A stretch of DNA of 64,000 nucleotides from an uncultured Candidatus Saccharibacteria bacterium (GTDB lineage: Bacteria; Patescibacteriota; Minisyncoccia; Phycocordibacterales; SW-6-46-9): the NCBI GenBank assembly GCA_964534365.1, contig CAZHOI010000002.1:8138-72137 (forward strand), written 5' to 3'. Numbering within the stretch: position 1 is the first letter of the stretch; every line of letters begins with the position of its first letter. Of the stretch, positions 11,527-21,538 are shown in pieces. A model generated the notes under the pieces. That model was not told the origin of the DNA. It saw only the letters and a program-made list of their open reading frames with translations, and searched no databases. Made by a program: the position numbers and the translations under genes.

Positions 11527-11964
11527 CTATTCCAACACCTCGTGCTGGGGTGGGACTAATCTCAACTGAACGCAAACCGGGTGGTCGTATTGCGGTGCAA
11601 TGCCCACCGGCTGACCGTCCAAATAAATTATCGCTTTCGGATCAATAATTTGGAAACGATCCCCTAACCACAGTCCGGACGCATCCGGCAGATTTAGCAA
11701 CACCCAATCATATCCAGGGGCAGAAACTTGAACTTCTGGCTGGCTGCGCCAGGCCAGCTGCACCAGCGTTCGATCATAGCAACGCACGCCCGCGATAATG
11801 TAGCGATGACGCAATTCAGATGGAGTCACTTCCTCCAGCCTGGCTTCGGAACTACTATCGTCCCATTGATAGATCAGCTTTGCAGCCGAGGGCTGTTGAT
11901 CGTTAGCGCTATTGGTAGCACACCCGCATAGCAGTAAGGTGGTTAAACAGATGATCGTTTTCAT
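11527..11964 (-). CDS. Putative lipoprotein (signal peptide plus Cys) within the GC-rich island
   Basis: N-terminus MKTIICLTTLLLCGCATNS; about 55% GC versus about 38% background. Confidence 0.5.
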   Translation of the reverse strand: MKTIICLTTLLLCGCATNSANDQQPSAAKLIYQWDDSSSEARLEEVTPSELRHRYIIAGVRCYDRTLVQLAWRSQPEVQVSAPGYDWVLLNLPDASGLWLGDRFQIIDPKAIIYLDGQPVGIAPQYDHPVCVQLRLVPPQHEVLE

Positions 11965-11965
11965 G

Positions 11966-12175
11966 TTAACGGCCAGAAGGGGTTGTGGTTGTATCGGCGG
12001 AGAGCTTTTCTATATAAGCTCTTTTCTCTTTATTAACATTAACTAGGTTTGTTCGCTCGGTAGCGATAGCATATTTAGCACAAAACGGAAAAAACCATAA
12101 AATAAATGCAAGTCCTAATGCATACACTGGAATAGTGCAATACAGCAACTTTGCTGCCTCGGCTAACTTATCCAT
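11966..12175 (-). CDS. Small membrane protein (hypothetical)
   Basis: 69-aa ORF with one hydrophobic helix; start abuts the stop of the lipoprotein gene. Confidence 0.3.
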   Translation of the reverse strand: MDKLAEAAKLLYCTIPVYALGLAFILWFFPFCAKYAIATERTNLVNVNKEKRAYIEKLSADTTTTPSGR

Positions 12176-12302
12176 GGTGATTCGAGCTGGTTTGTGAAAA
12201 CGTCCAATAATAGCTTAACTTAAAAAGCATTTATAAAGCAACAAATAGGGTGAGGGTGATAGGGTGCCAGCCACTCTGACAGATGGCTAATATGTTGTGT
12301 AA

Positions 12303-12905
12303 TTAAATATCGAAATTATACGAATACTCGAGCGCGCGTTCAACCGGCCGGACACTACTGCCGGATTTACCCCTCGCGCGAATTTTCACATATTGCCTTC
12401 CCCCATTTTCATAAGTGTAGAAGGTAACATTAGCACTACTATCATTAGATAATTTCAAACCAAGTGCTCTGTAGCATTTATGAACAGAAGCTGACGAACT
12501 TTCGTTAAAGCCATCACAATTTGTCGCATTAGCTTTTCCGTCATCGTTAGGATTAGTTCCATTAGGATAATCGGGACTAAAGTACTCTAGTTCAAAATCA
12601 CCACCAATATTTGCGCACTTTATTGCTAGTTCACCTGTTTCAGTATCGTCAATATCCCCAAAAAATAAATTGTTTACCAAATCGTGATAGGTAAAACACT
12701 CCAGCGCGGTGTCGGCGGCAAACAATGCAATTGCCGAGTTTTTACCAGTTTGTGAGAGTACATTTTCGCGAAACACAAATCCCGATACTGCCGCCACTAT
12801 GGCAGTAAAGGCGGCCGTTAAAATTACCGCGATCAGCAAGGTTACTCCGCGTTGTGACGGGCGCGATCCGGCAAAGCGCATGAACTTTATCAAACTACAT
12901 TTCAT
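12303..12905 (-). CDS. Secreted protein with pilin-like N-terminal hydrophobic segment (hypothetical)
   Basis: N-terminus ...QRGVTLLIAVILTAAFTAIVAAV resembles a class III signal but lacks Glu5; Cys-rich C-terminal half. Confidence 0.4.
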   Translation of the reverse strand: MKCSLIKFMRFAGSRPSQRGVTLLIAVILTAAFTAIVAAVSGFVFRENVLSQTGKNSAIALFAADTALECFTYHDLVNNLFFGDIDDTETGELAIKCANIGGDFELEYFSPDYPNGTNPNDDGKANATNCDGFNESSSASVHKCYRALGLKLSNDSSANVTFYTYENGGRQYVKIRARGKSGSSVRPVERALEYSYNFDI

Positions 12906-12977
12906 ATCTTCTACCCTTATTCTACCACCATTTAATCACCAAAATATCCCCAGATATTACACCACATATTTAACAAA

Positions 12978-12996
12978 CCCTGGGTGACTGTCACCC
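12978..12996. repeat. REP-like palindrome CCCTGGGTGACTGTCACCC (same family as the RAYT-flanking repeats)
   Basis: Identical core to 27401-27418. Confidence 0.6.
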
Positions 12997-13159
12997 CCTT
13001 CTCACCCCCTTCTTTAGTAATAAGATAAGGATAATAAAAAATCCCATTGCTATACGTAGTAACAACAGGCTTCTACACTTTCTATATCTTTTTCATATTA
13101 CCCAGCACCACTCTTTTAGCAAGAGTGGTGCTGGGTCGTTCGTCTTTGACCTTGGCCTA

Positions 13160-15223
13160 CTAGCGCACTATCGTCAGTCGCTGATTGATCGGCGGCTGAC
13201 CGTCCACGATCAAGCGGACAAAGTAGACCCCCGGTGCGACGTCCGTGAGGTTCAGTGGGTGCTCGGAAGCGCCCACTGGTACCAGACCGCGAACCTTAGC
13301 CACCTGACGGCCGAGGCCATCAAATACCTGGAGGTCCATCAGGGTCGAGGTCAGCACCTCAATGACAGCCGTCACCGGACCCTGGGTAGGGTTGGGCTGA
13401 AGCCGTAGCGCAAGCGCCATTGCTTCGGGCCCATCTTCATCAGGGGTAGCATATACCACCTGCTGGAAAGCAGATGGTGCCGTGACTAACTCGTCCTTCC
13501 AGTCGCGGAAAAGCGGCTGGATAGTGACGTTGCACGCCTGGCCATCGCGGACAGTAGGACCTTCTAGCGGCAATGCATAAACTACCACATCAGGATCGCG
13601 CCTGGCAGTCGAGTGGTCCTGATCAGTGACCGCAAGCGGTCCGATCAAGAACGTGTCACCACAGGTAATCGTGGCATCGAATCGCTCGACCAGCGTGTTG
13701 CTGGAGGTGAACGATAGAGACCCTACTCCATCAGCAGTGAAATCGAGCGAGACCGAAGCCTCGTCAATTTGTGCCCCGGGCGGGGTTGCCGGCAGCAGGT
13801 TAACTGGTGCCGTAATCCGCGTGCCTTCCAGAACCTGACGGTCCTCATAAGTGCCACGACCCCGGGCCACACACGATAGGCTGGCCTGCTGTGCGCCCAG
13901 TCCCAGTCGCGAGAACTGGAAGGTCAGTGTAGTGTCGTCATCCGTCACCCAGCGATCCTGCAGTTCGCGTCCGACGATCAGGCTGATCTGACCCTGGTCA
14001 TTTTCAAACGTGCACTCCAGGTCGTTGACCTGGCGCTGACGATTGATTGTGACCTTGGCCTCGACGATTGCTTCCCCAAAGGGATCAATCGCCTCGAGCC
14101 CAGATAGCTCGGCACCGGGCGCGATGATCTCCACGAACAAGTCCGACAATCTAGACGTACCGCTGACGCGGTGACGACCGATTGTACAAACCGATCCATC
14201 CGACTGCACTTCATAGCCATTGCTGGATTGAAACGCAGCGCCGACCCAAACGTGCACTGAATCGGTTGTCACCTCTGACAGGTTAAAGACGTCGCCGTAG
14301 GGGGCAACGTCGCCATCAAGGCGCGGGATCAGCTGGCGGAACGGATCATTATGCTTAGACTGAACACCAGGGGTGTTCGGGTACAGCACTTGACCATTAG
14401 GATCAACTACCACCAGATGACAGGCCAGGGTCGAGCAATGAAGGTTTAGCCAGATCTGGGATCGCTGATCAGCTGTGTAGCCACTTAGATCCACAGTGAA
14501 CACCTGTCGCTCGACATCTCCTTCGACTCGCTCGAAATTCGGGTCATCAAACCGCGCCAGTACCCCACCGACCAGATTAGGACGGACAGTTGGCCCGTCG
14601 CTCGAGCAGCTCATGTCCCTAATGGGGAGCTCGATCACTCTGGGCGCTACCCGCGAGTCAACCCACATGGTGTGGGTGTCATCAGGAGTAGGGCCAAAGC
14701 CGGGGCCGGTTAGGACCTGGGTAGTTTGTGGGTCGTAGTCAACCCCTTCAATTCCCGTTGCTACCACCAGATCCTCGCAAGCGGGGACGTACTGGTGAAT
14801 TAACGGGAAGTTCATATTTGAAAGGTTGCGGGTCCAGGTACCGCTGGGTAGACTCTGGCCTGTTACCGTATCCGTCCCATTGACCGACCATAACCAAGAT
14901 GTATAAGATCCGCCGGGCTGAGATCCCAATCCCCCAGCTTCCATCGCCAGACGATACAATCGTCCGGTTGAACAGTCGCCCATCATCCGGACGATATCAA
15001 CATCCTGGCGCAGGCCATCCGCATTGGTTTCAACGTCAAAGACAACCGTGCCAATCTGGGTCGCTGATCCAATGGTCGGCGCCTGATTGACGAACGGGGC
15101 AATGTCGCCTGATTCCTCCCAGATCTGCGTGTGCAGATCCGAGTTGTTCCCCTGCGAGAGGGCGAGGTTGTTGGTAAGCATGGCGAACATTCCTGCCGCC
15201 AGTGCGATCATGAAACGTGCCAT
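13160..15223 (-). CDS. Secreted protein with a T9SS (Por-secretion) type-A C-terminal sorting domain; about 60% GC
   Basis: Signal peptide MARFMIALAAGMFAML; C-terminus ...PNPTQGPVTAV..LQVFDGLGRQVAKV..LNLTDVAPGVYFVRLIVDGQ..RLTIVR matches the Por_Secre_tail consensus. Confidence 0.75.
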   Translation of the reverse strand: MARFMIALAAGMFAMLTNNLALSQGNNSDLHTQIWEESGDIAPFVNQAPTIGSATQIGTVVFDVETNADGLRQDVDIVRMMGDCSTGRLYRLAMEAGGLGSQPGGSYTSWLWSVNGTDTVTGQSLPSGTWTRNLSNMNFPLIHQYVPACEDLVVATGIEGVDYDPQTTQVLTGPGFGPTPDDTHTMWVDSRVAPRVIELPIRDMSCSSDGPTVRPNLVGGVLARFDDPNFERVEGDVERQVFTVDLSGYTADQRSQIWLNLHCSTLACHLVVVDPNGQVLYPNTPGVQSKHNDPFRQLIPRLDGDVAPYGDVFNLSEVTTDSVHVWVGAAFQSSNGYEVQSDGSVCTIGRHRVSGTSRLSDLFVEIIAPGAELSGLEAIDPFGEAIVEAKVTINRQRQVNDLECTFENDQGQISLIVGRELQDRWVTDDDTTLTFQFSRLGLGAQQASLSCVARGRGTYEDRQVLEGTRITAPVNLLPATPPGAQIDEASVSLDFTADGVGSLSFTSSNTLVERFDATITCGDTFLIGPLAVTDQDHSTARRDPDVVVYALPLEGPTVRDGQACNVTIQPLFRDWKDELVTAPSAFQQVVYATPDEDGPEAMALALRLQPNPTQGPVTAVIEVLTSTLMDLQVFDGLGRQVAKVRGLVPVGASEHPLNLTDVAPGVYFVRLIVDGQPPINQRLTIVR

Positions 15224-15433
15224 GAGGGTATGGTTAGCAATCTACAGACTCCGTTCGGGCTGTAGAAAAAAGTATAGAAAGTGTCAAAGGACCAGACCAG
15301 AACACATCAGTGCCCAGATCCAATGACCTTGACACTAACATGGTTTGGTTACATAACTATTAAACCATAGTTTTATTAACCATGTAGCAAAAACAGCCTT
15401 GACAGACTGTTCAATAGTTGTATAGATAATGAT

Positions 15434-17779
15434 TTAGAACTCCACTATACCTCCCCCAGCATCATTTAGAATATTGATTGTAACATCTGCGCTGTGTGTA
15501 TTGTTATTATCATCACCGATGGCTGTAAGAATTTTCTTACCACGAGGCATTCTGTTTTGAAGTATGAATTCAACGTTTTGTGCACCACCACAATTGCCGG
15601 CACTACAATTAAATTCTAGATTAGAAGGATTGGTTGTAAAACTGCCAGTACCCAAATCCGAGGAACTAAATGTAACGTCAATTTGTCCGTTGTAACCGGA
15701 TCCTACATCAGGTATGACACGAAATTCTGGTATTGCATCACCGGTTACCCCAGGAACAGTAATTGTTGGTGGGGTTGGGCTAATAATTAATAGTCCATTA
15801 AACCCATCCACTGGGGGGAGGTCTTCGCTACAGTCAATTGCAAAGGTATACGGTTGACCAGATTGAACGTCTTTAAGATTGTCTGGACCAATATTAACAA
15901 CATATCCTGGAACAGGCTCGACAACTAGACGAAACCTTTGTGAATCACCAACTGGAATCGGTTCAGAATGTGAATCAGATTCACCTTGGTCCAGTGATCC
16001 AGTTAAAACAATATTATTACCATTACCCCTGATCAGTTCGAAATCAACCTCTTGACTACAACTGGACTGAACATTTACAGCTGTATTTGGTCCGGCCCCG
16101 GCATTGTAATTACCCTGAACTAATAACTGTCCAGACGCCAGTACTTCCGGAGTGATTAATACGCTAAATATTTTCTGGGTAGTTGTTAATTCATCAACAA
16201 AATCGTCAGGTACTAGCTCATAGGCGATTCTCCCTGGATTTACAGAGTCGCGCCTAGTAGTTTCATTATTTAAATACAGACCCTGATAATCAAGCCCGTC
16301 GGGTACGGCGGTAGGTTCTTCTAGGATAAATTCGATGGTATCTCCAGCTGATACTCCGATTAAAGTGTCAGATACGCCGTTATCGTCATTAAAAGCAACC
16401 TCTTTCTCTTGTGGAACAATTGAAGGAGGCACAGCCCGGAAAGTTTTAGTTTCGGTAGTTAGATCTTCATCAGCTCCAACCGCATTTAATTTATATACCA
16501 CCTCAATATCTCCAGTTATCGGCGTACCCACCCTAGCTGTGGCCGCAAACAGAACATCAATGGCAGACATATGCGATCGGGTTGAAAATCCACTGGTAGG
16601 ATATTCGCAGTCAATTATTAGCCGCTGACTACCTCTTACCAGCACCTTTGTGTCCAAGACAACCTTATTGGCTGCAGAATCATATGTAACATCTGGATCA
16701 GTTATATCAATAGGTCGCATTGCTTTTGGCCAACCGGTATTACATGATTTATAACCTGGGGTTAATTGAACTTGCAAATTAATTTTATCGCCATCTTCTA
16801 GATCAGCGGTACTTACTTGAATTGATGGTATTGCTCCGTCTGATTGATTTGAACTAGTTGACAATGCATTGTTTGTAGTTAATGTAATTACTGGGTTATC
16901 GTTACTATCCGAATACGCAAAGGCCGAGGCGGTACCAGTACCGGCATCATTAGTACACGAAACTTTGTACTCCATCGAGTTTAAAGCGCTGAATTGTCTG
17001 CTACCTGAATTGGCCAGACCAGAGACAGTATTTATAGCGTCAGAATGTCCATAAATATGTTCGGAAATTTGACAAGAATCTGCGTCTTCGCTGGTCCAAG
17101 TAACTTCAATATTGTTAGGAGTTCTGCTTGAAAATAATCCTGATGCTGGTTGGGTTACTTGGGCACTGACAACAGGGACTGATCTTCTAACATCAACAGT
17201 CAATTCATTAACTAAATCCGGAGAACCACTGGACTCTTGCCAGCTGCCGTCATTATCAACCACACATTCCCATTTATACTCTTCACAGAAACCATCGACT
17301 TCGTTTTCACACAGACCCCGGACCTTTTCATAAGGGCGCTCGATTTGTGTTGAAATTAATTCAAAGTCATAACCATCTGATGCTGAAGGGGCTTTTAAAT
17401 TATATGTTCTAGTTGCATTTGACAAGTTGGCTGGCGGACTGTAACCATTAGTTGGAATTGGCCATTCATAACTCATTCTACCCCAGCTACTGTCATGATC
17501 ACCAACACGTTCCAATCTGAATCCCGACGCTACTTCACGACCACATGTTTGCCATTGACTTACCGATCCTTCATTGCCTTCAGTGCGGTAATACCCTTTG
17601 GCAATAACATCAAATGATTGCGTTTTATCAACTGAAATAGACGCTCGTGATCCAACTGAATTTGTATCTATGGTAACGCTAGGAGTTTGAGCATACAAAT
17701 AAGCACTACAACCTAAAATCGCAACTACTGCTAATAGAATTTTGAATACCCTGTTTCGTTTAAAATTTAAGAGTTCCAT
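15434..17779 (-). CDS. Large secreted Ig/beta-sandwich-rich surface protein, possibly pilus-associated adhesin (hypothetical)
   Basis: 781 aa; N-terminal signal peptide; Ser/Thr/Asn-rich; last gene of the pilus operon. Confidence 0.55.
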   Translation of the reverse strand: MELLNFKRNRVFKILLAVVAILGCSAYLYAQTPSVTIDTNSVGSRASISVDKTQSFDVIAKGYYRTEGNEGSVSQWQTCGREVASGFRLERVGDHDSSWGRMSYEWPIPTNGYSPPANLSNATRTYNLKAPSASDGYDFELISTQIERPYEKVRGLCENEVDGFCEEYKWECVVDNDGSWQESSGSPDLVNELTVDVRRSVPVVSAQVTQPASGLFSSRTPNNIEVTWTSEDADSCQISEHIYGHSDAINTVSGLANSGSRQFSALNSMEYKVSCTNDAGTGTASAFAYSDSNDNPVITLTTNNALSTSSNQSDGAIPSIQVSTADLEDGDKINLQVQLTPGYKSCNTGWPKAMRPIDITDPDVTYDSAANKVVLDTKVLVRGSQRLIIDCEYPTSGFSTRSHMSAIDVLFAATARVGTPITGDIEVVYKLNAVGADEDLTTETKTFRAVPPSIVPQEKEVAFNDDNGVSDTLIGVSAGDTIEFILEEPTAVPDGLDYQGLYLNNETTRRDSVNPGRIAYELVPDDFVDELTTTQKIFSVLITPEVLASGQLLVQGNYNAGAGPNTAVNVQSSCSQEVDFELIRGNGNNIVLTGSLDQGESDSHSEPIPVGDSQRFRLVVEPVPGYVVNIGPDNLKDVQSGQPYTFAIDCSEDLPPVDGFNGLLIISPTPPTITVPGVTGDAIPEFRVIPDVGSGYNGQIDVTFSSSDLGTGSFTTNPSNLEFNCSAGNCGGAQNVEFILQNRMPRGKKILTAIGDDNNNTHSADVTINILNDAGGGIVEF

Positions 17780-19800
17780 ATTTCGTTTTGGTTACATTCA
17801 ATTTCAATGACTTTATTATCAGGTACGGTTACTGGTATTGGCTCTGTAGAAGACATAGTGACTAGCCCATCCGTCCAGCTACCACGACACTGATCGGCAT
17901 TAGTAGATGACCATTCTACCCAGATAGTTTCGCCTGGTTGTAATTCAGTATCAGGATCTATTGCTGGACCGCCATTGCTTCGAGAAACGATCAAATCAAC
18001 CTCGGGCAGATCACGCCAGGTATGGATCCTAAAGATCATCTCTTCGATATCACCGTTTGAATTCTTTACCGCCGTTAACTGACTGGCAATAGTGTTAATC
18101 ATACCTTCATTACCGTCGCCTAAATTATCTGAAAAGGCTTGGTATTTATTGGATTCCCTACTACTAGTTATCATCATACCCACTTGTCGTCCGTTTTCAT
18201 AAATAAAGGGGTTTTGTTGAGTTGGAATCAGCCTAAACGGAGATTGACCACAATTTGCCGTTGCATTATCTAAACCATCAACACTAAATACCCTAAATTC
18301 AAGCTCTGGGTCTAGGGCCGAACAATGAACCGTAACGGGAATAGTCTCGCCAGCGGTTGGATCTACTATCAAAGTGACTCGTTCAGTACCAGACCGATTT
18401 CTAAAACTAGGGTTAAATTCTGGATTATTTGTATCTGGCTCCAGGCTTAGCTGTCGAATAATGTTCCTATAACTGTATTCGGATTCAAATCCATAATCAA
18501 CTTCCTTAGAGCTGTGATCGGTTACAAAGTTTTGAGTTTCTACATCTATGAAATAAGTTCCTGCAATAGTAGGTGCGGTGCCTTTGATAACTGCATTTGA
18601 ATGAAAATCTGATTTTGGTAGGCCTGAATAATTATTATAAACATAATTACCAAGTTCTTCGGTGACATAAGGACCACTTTCAGGTAAATTCAATACTTCC
18701 ACACAACCTCCCCCAGAACATCGTTGATGACGACCTTCGGGTAGACCAGCGCCAGGGCGATGCGAAGTTATGTTTGCTCGTTGGCCGTTACTGGCAGTAA
18801 TTGCGCCAGCCGAAAAGGCTTGTCTTTCAAGGACATATTCACTATAGATGCTATTTTCGCCATAAAATGCGGAGTCAGGATTGGCAGTAGCGACATATTC
18901 AAAATTAGCACCAGGGGCCACTGTCAAGGTATCGGGCGCAACATCAAATTCAAATTGTTCTTGTGGTTCGCAAGCATAAGTGGGTATTCTTAAATCAGCA
19001 TATAAAGCTGACATTAATTCCTCAGCCCCATTTGCATTGTCTAATGAAGATTGCTCTGTTAACACACGTGAAACTAGGTTGACTCTGTTACTGTCAATTG
19101 GTATTTCTAAATTAAATTGGGTTTCAAATACAGTGTCATACGGGGCACGACCATCAACTTCGAAATAGACATCATAAAGAGCTTGCGCAAGATCCCACCA
19201 TTCTGGACTCATTTTATTTAGATGTTCAACATCTTCATAGCTGTTACTATTCATGGCCTCAATTGTTCTTGTTATATGCATCCAAAACTCTCTATATTCA
19301 TTATCAACCAAACCATTTATTTCTTCTCCTGGCCAAGTATTACTCAAACTTCTGTCTAAAAAGTAAATTCTACTAGCTCGATTGTATGGAGGTGACGCAT
19401 GATCGCCTTGGTCATGTATATTATAGAGATAGTTCATTACATCACTATCTATACCAGAGATATCAAAATTAACATTCATTGTTGACGCATTGACAGAACA
19501 AGACAATGTTACTTCTGCACCAGAAAAAGTGTTTCCATCAGAAACATCAATGATCCCAAAACTTCTCAATCTATCAACGAGTTGATCATTAAGTTTACAA
19601 GTCAAATTTGAATCAGAACAGTCGTAAGTTTCCGAAAAAGCTTGGGCTTCAACTGGCTGACTTTGCTCAAAGTAAAAAAATCCGACGATCATGGCGGCGA
19701 TTGTAAACACCGATACTGCTGAATGTAATTTATTGTTCGGCTTCATATGGTTTATTCCAGGATACACTAACTTCACTGCCAGTTTCGATCGGAACTGCAA
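17767..19800 (-). CDS. Large secreted/membrane-anchored protein (hypothetical; PilY1-like role is speculative)
   Basis: 677 aa; N-terminal TM after a probable internal start (MKPNNKLHSAVSVFTIAAMIVGFFYF); overlaps the neighbouring genes by a few codons, indicating an operon. Confidence 0.55.
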   Translation of the reverse strand: MQFRSKLAVKLVYPGINHMKPNNKLHSAVSVFTIAAMIVGFFYFEQSQPVEAQAFSETYDCSDSNLTCKLNDQLVDRLRSFGIIDVSDGNTFSGAEVTLSCSVNASTMNVNFDISGIDSDVMNYLYNIHDQGDHASPPYNRASRIYFLDRSLSNTWPGEEINGLVDNEYREFWMHITRTIEAMNSNSYEDVEHLNKMSPEWWDLAQALYDVYFEVDGRAPYDTVFETQFNLEIPIDSNRVNLVSRVLTEQSSLDNANGAEELMSALYADLRIPTYACEPQEQFEFDVAPDTLTVAPGANFEYVATANPDSAFYGENSIYSEYVLERQAFSAGAITASNGQRANITSHRPGAGLPEGRHQRCSGGGCVEVLNLPESGPYVTEELGNYVYNNYSGLPKSDFHSNAVIKGTAPTIAGTYFIDVETQNFVTDHSSKEVDYGFESEYSYRNIIRQLSLEPDTNNPEFNPSFRNRSGTERVTLIVDPTAGETIPVTVHCSALDPELEFRVFSVDGLDNATANCGQSPFRLIPTQQNPFIYENGRQVGMMITSSRESNKYQAFSDNLGDGNEGMINTIASQLTAVKNSNGDIEEMIFRIHTWRDLPEVDLIVSRSNGGPAIDPDTELQPGETIWVEWSSTNADQCRGSWTDGLVTMSSTEPIPVTVPDNKVIEIECNQNEIWNS

Positions 19801-20272
19801 TTACACTAACTGATTGATTGCCATTCTGCGCGCTGTAATAATAGGTTTGCCCATCATCTGGGGTAGTGTAATCGGTATCAGTCACAGCTAACAAATCCTC
19901 GGTTTTTGAAACTAGCTGATCCAGGGCCTGTTCTGGCGTCAGGGTGCTGCGATAATTTATACTAGTGGTAGTGGTTTGACTGCCAAAATCAGAACGGTTA
20001 ACACCAATTACTTCGGCATTATTTGGGACTAAATCTGAGATACCGAAACTGTCCAGATCATCAGAAGTTACTTGCCCAGGATCGCTAAACCGCAGGTTTT
20101 GATTGGTGCGTTCGCCATAGGTTGAAGTCTCGATCGTGGCTGGTTCCAAGTCTGCATTTTCCCCACCGCGCAACACTAACCACAATATCAAACCTACAAT
20201 TAACAACACGACCAATGCCAAAACCGCAAAACTGTATTTGGTTAACTTTCGGGATAACACCATTTGGTTCAT
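19730..20272 (-). CDS. Single-pass membrane protein (hypothetical, pilus-operon member)
   Basis: 180 aa; N-terminal TM FAVLALVVLLIVGLILWLVL. Confidence 0.45.
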   Translation of the reverse strand: MNQMVLSRKLTKYSFAVLALVVLLIVGLILWLVLRGGENADLEPATIETSTYGERTNQNLRFSDPGQVTSDDLDSFGISDLVPNNAEVIGVNRSDFGSQTTTTSINYRSTLTPEQALDQLVSKTEDLLAVTDTDYTTPDDGQTYYYSAQNGNQSVSVIAVPIETGSEVSVSWNKPYEAEQ

Positions 20273-20338
20273 AGTATAGCGATAATGTTAGTAAATGCTG
20301 TTTGGAGTGTTGATAACTAGGAATCTATGGGTTACTGA

Positions 20339-20962
20339 CTATGTAGTAGAGCTGAAATCAGGCAATGGATACAACACCTCTTGCAATACCACCTGACCAT
20401 TTTGGCCGCTTTGTAATTTAAATTGAACAGTAGAGGTGATTTCGTAAATTGTAGTTTCAACAAGGTCTGTGCTTCCATCAGAATCATGATCAAAATCAAT
20501 TTCTACTTTATTAAATTCGATTAAACGCGAGTATAGCGTTATATTTCCGTCATTGATTGTATAATTTCCCCCGGATTGCAAAGTTAATTTAGCATCATCA
20601 TCATCAATGTCATTAACTGAAACGAATGCAGCGCCGCCTGGAATATCGCCGGTAGCATCCACATTACATTTATTAGTTGATTTACAATTATCAGGAAATA
20701 AATTGTCGGAATTAGCAATATTACTTCCCAATAATTCTAGTCGGGCTGAATCACGGTATGCCCTTATTGCCTCGATACCCTCGACCGCTAGATACGAAGC
20801 GGTTGTTTGTTCGGCAGCATAGCGTTGCGCCCGCATCGAATCAAACATAACCGACGTAGCAGCAACAGACACAGTCAAAAATACCGCTATGGCCACTAGG
20901 GTTTCGACCAAGGTAATACCTGAATCAAGGCCTGTTCTACGGTTGTATTGACGGTATTTCAT
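20339..20962 (-). CDS. Type IV pilin-like protein (minor pilin/pseudopilin) with prepilin cleavage motif
   Basis: ...DSG|ITLVETLVAIAVFLTV (G-x-T-L-x-E motif). Confidence 0.75.
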   Translation of the reverse strand: MKYRQYNRRTGLDSGITLVETLVAIAVFLTVSVAATSVMFDSMRAQRYAAEQTTASYLAVEGIEAIRAYRDSARLELLGSNIANSDNLFPDNCKSTNKCNVDATGDIPGGAAFVSVNDIDDDDAKLTLQSGGNYTINDGNITLYSRLIEFNKVEIDFDHDSDGSTDLVETTIYEITSTVQFKLQSGQNGQVVLQEVLYPLPDFSSTT

Positions 20963-20974
20963 ATAAATTATTTA

Positions 20975-21535
20975 TTAGTAGTTATCATACCGTCTTTGGG
21001 TTACTAGGGTTTGATAGGTTACCTCGCGAGCGTCAGGAAAATCACCTTTGGCCGTAATAGATATTAAGGCATGAGGCTGTTCAATGTCAGAACCCGAGTC
21101 ATAACGATCATCCCCCGATACTGCTACATCAAAATTGGTAATAATAATGTTTGATGGAGACAGCGGAATTTCTGGACTGCTACCCCCTAAGTCTCTGGTT
21201 AGTTTAAGTTGGTTGTTGTCTGCTCTTAAACTATATGCTTCGCCTGGGGTAATTATGTCAGTTTTGAAACTAAATGCTCCAGAATTCCAATTATAGTCGT
21301 ATCCAACCCGTGCGTTTCGGGCAACATCCTCTAATACTAAATCCATAGCTTGTGACACTTGCTGTTGTTGACGAATTTCACGATTTGACCGCAAAACCGA
21401 CACGGTCGCTGATGACGAGACCATAACCACAATTAAAAATAATGCCATAGAGACAATCAATTCCACTAAAGAATAGCCATCATTGATATTTTTGCCTTGC
21501 AAACGATTAATTGTGTTTTGAAGCTTTAGGATCAT
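20975..21535 (-). CDS. Type IV pilin-like protein (minor pilin/pseudopilin)
   Basis: ...NDG|YSLVELIVSMALFLIVV. Confidence 0.75.
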   Translation of the reverse strand: MILKLQNTINRLQGKNINDGYSLVELIVSMALFLIVVMVSSSATVSVLRSNREIRQQQQVSQAMDLVLEDVARNARVGYDYNWNSGAFSFKTDIITPGEAYSLRADNNQLKLTRDLGGSSPEIPLSPSNIIITNFDVAVSGDDRYDSGSDIEQPHALISITAKGDFPDAREVTYQTLVTQRRYDNY

Positions 21536-21538
21536 AAT

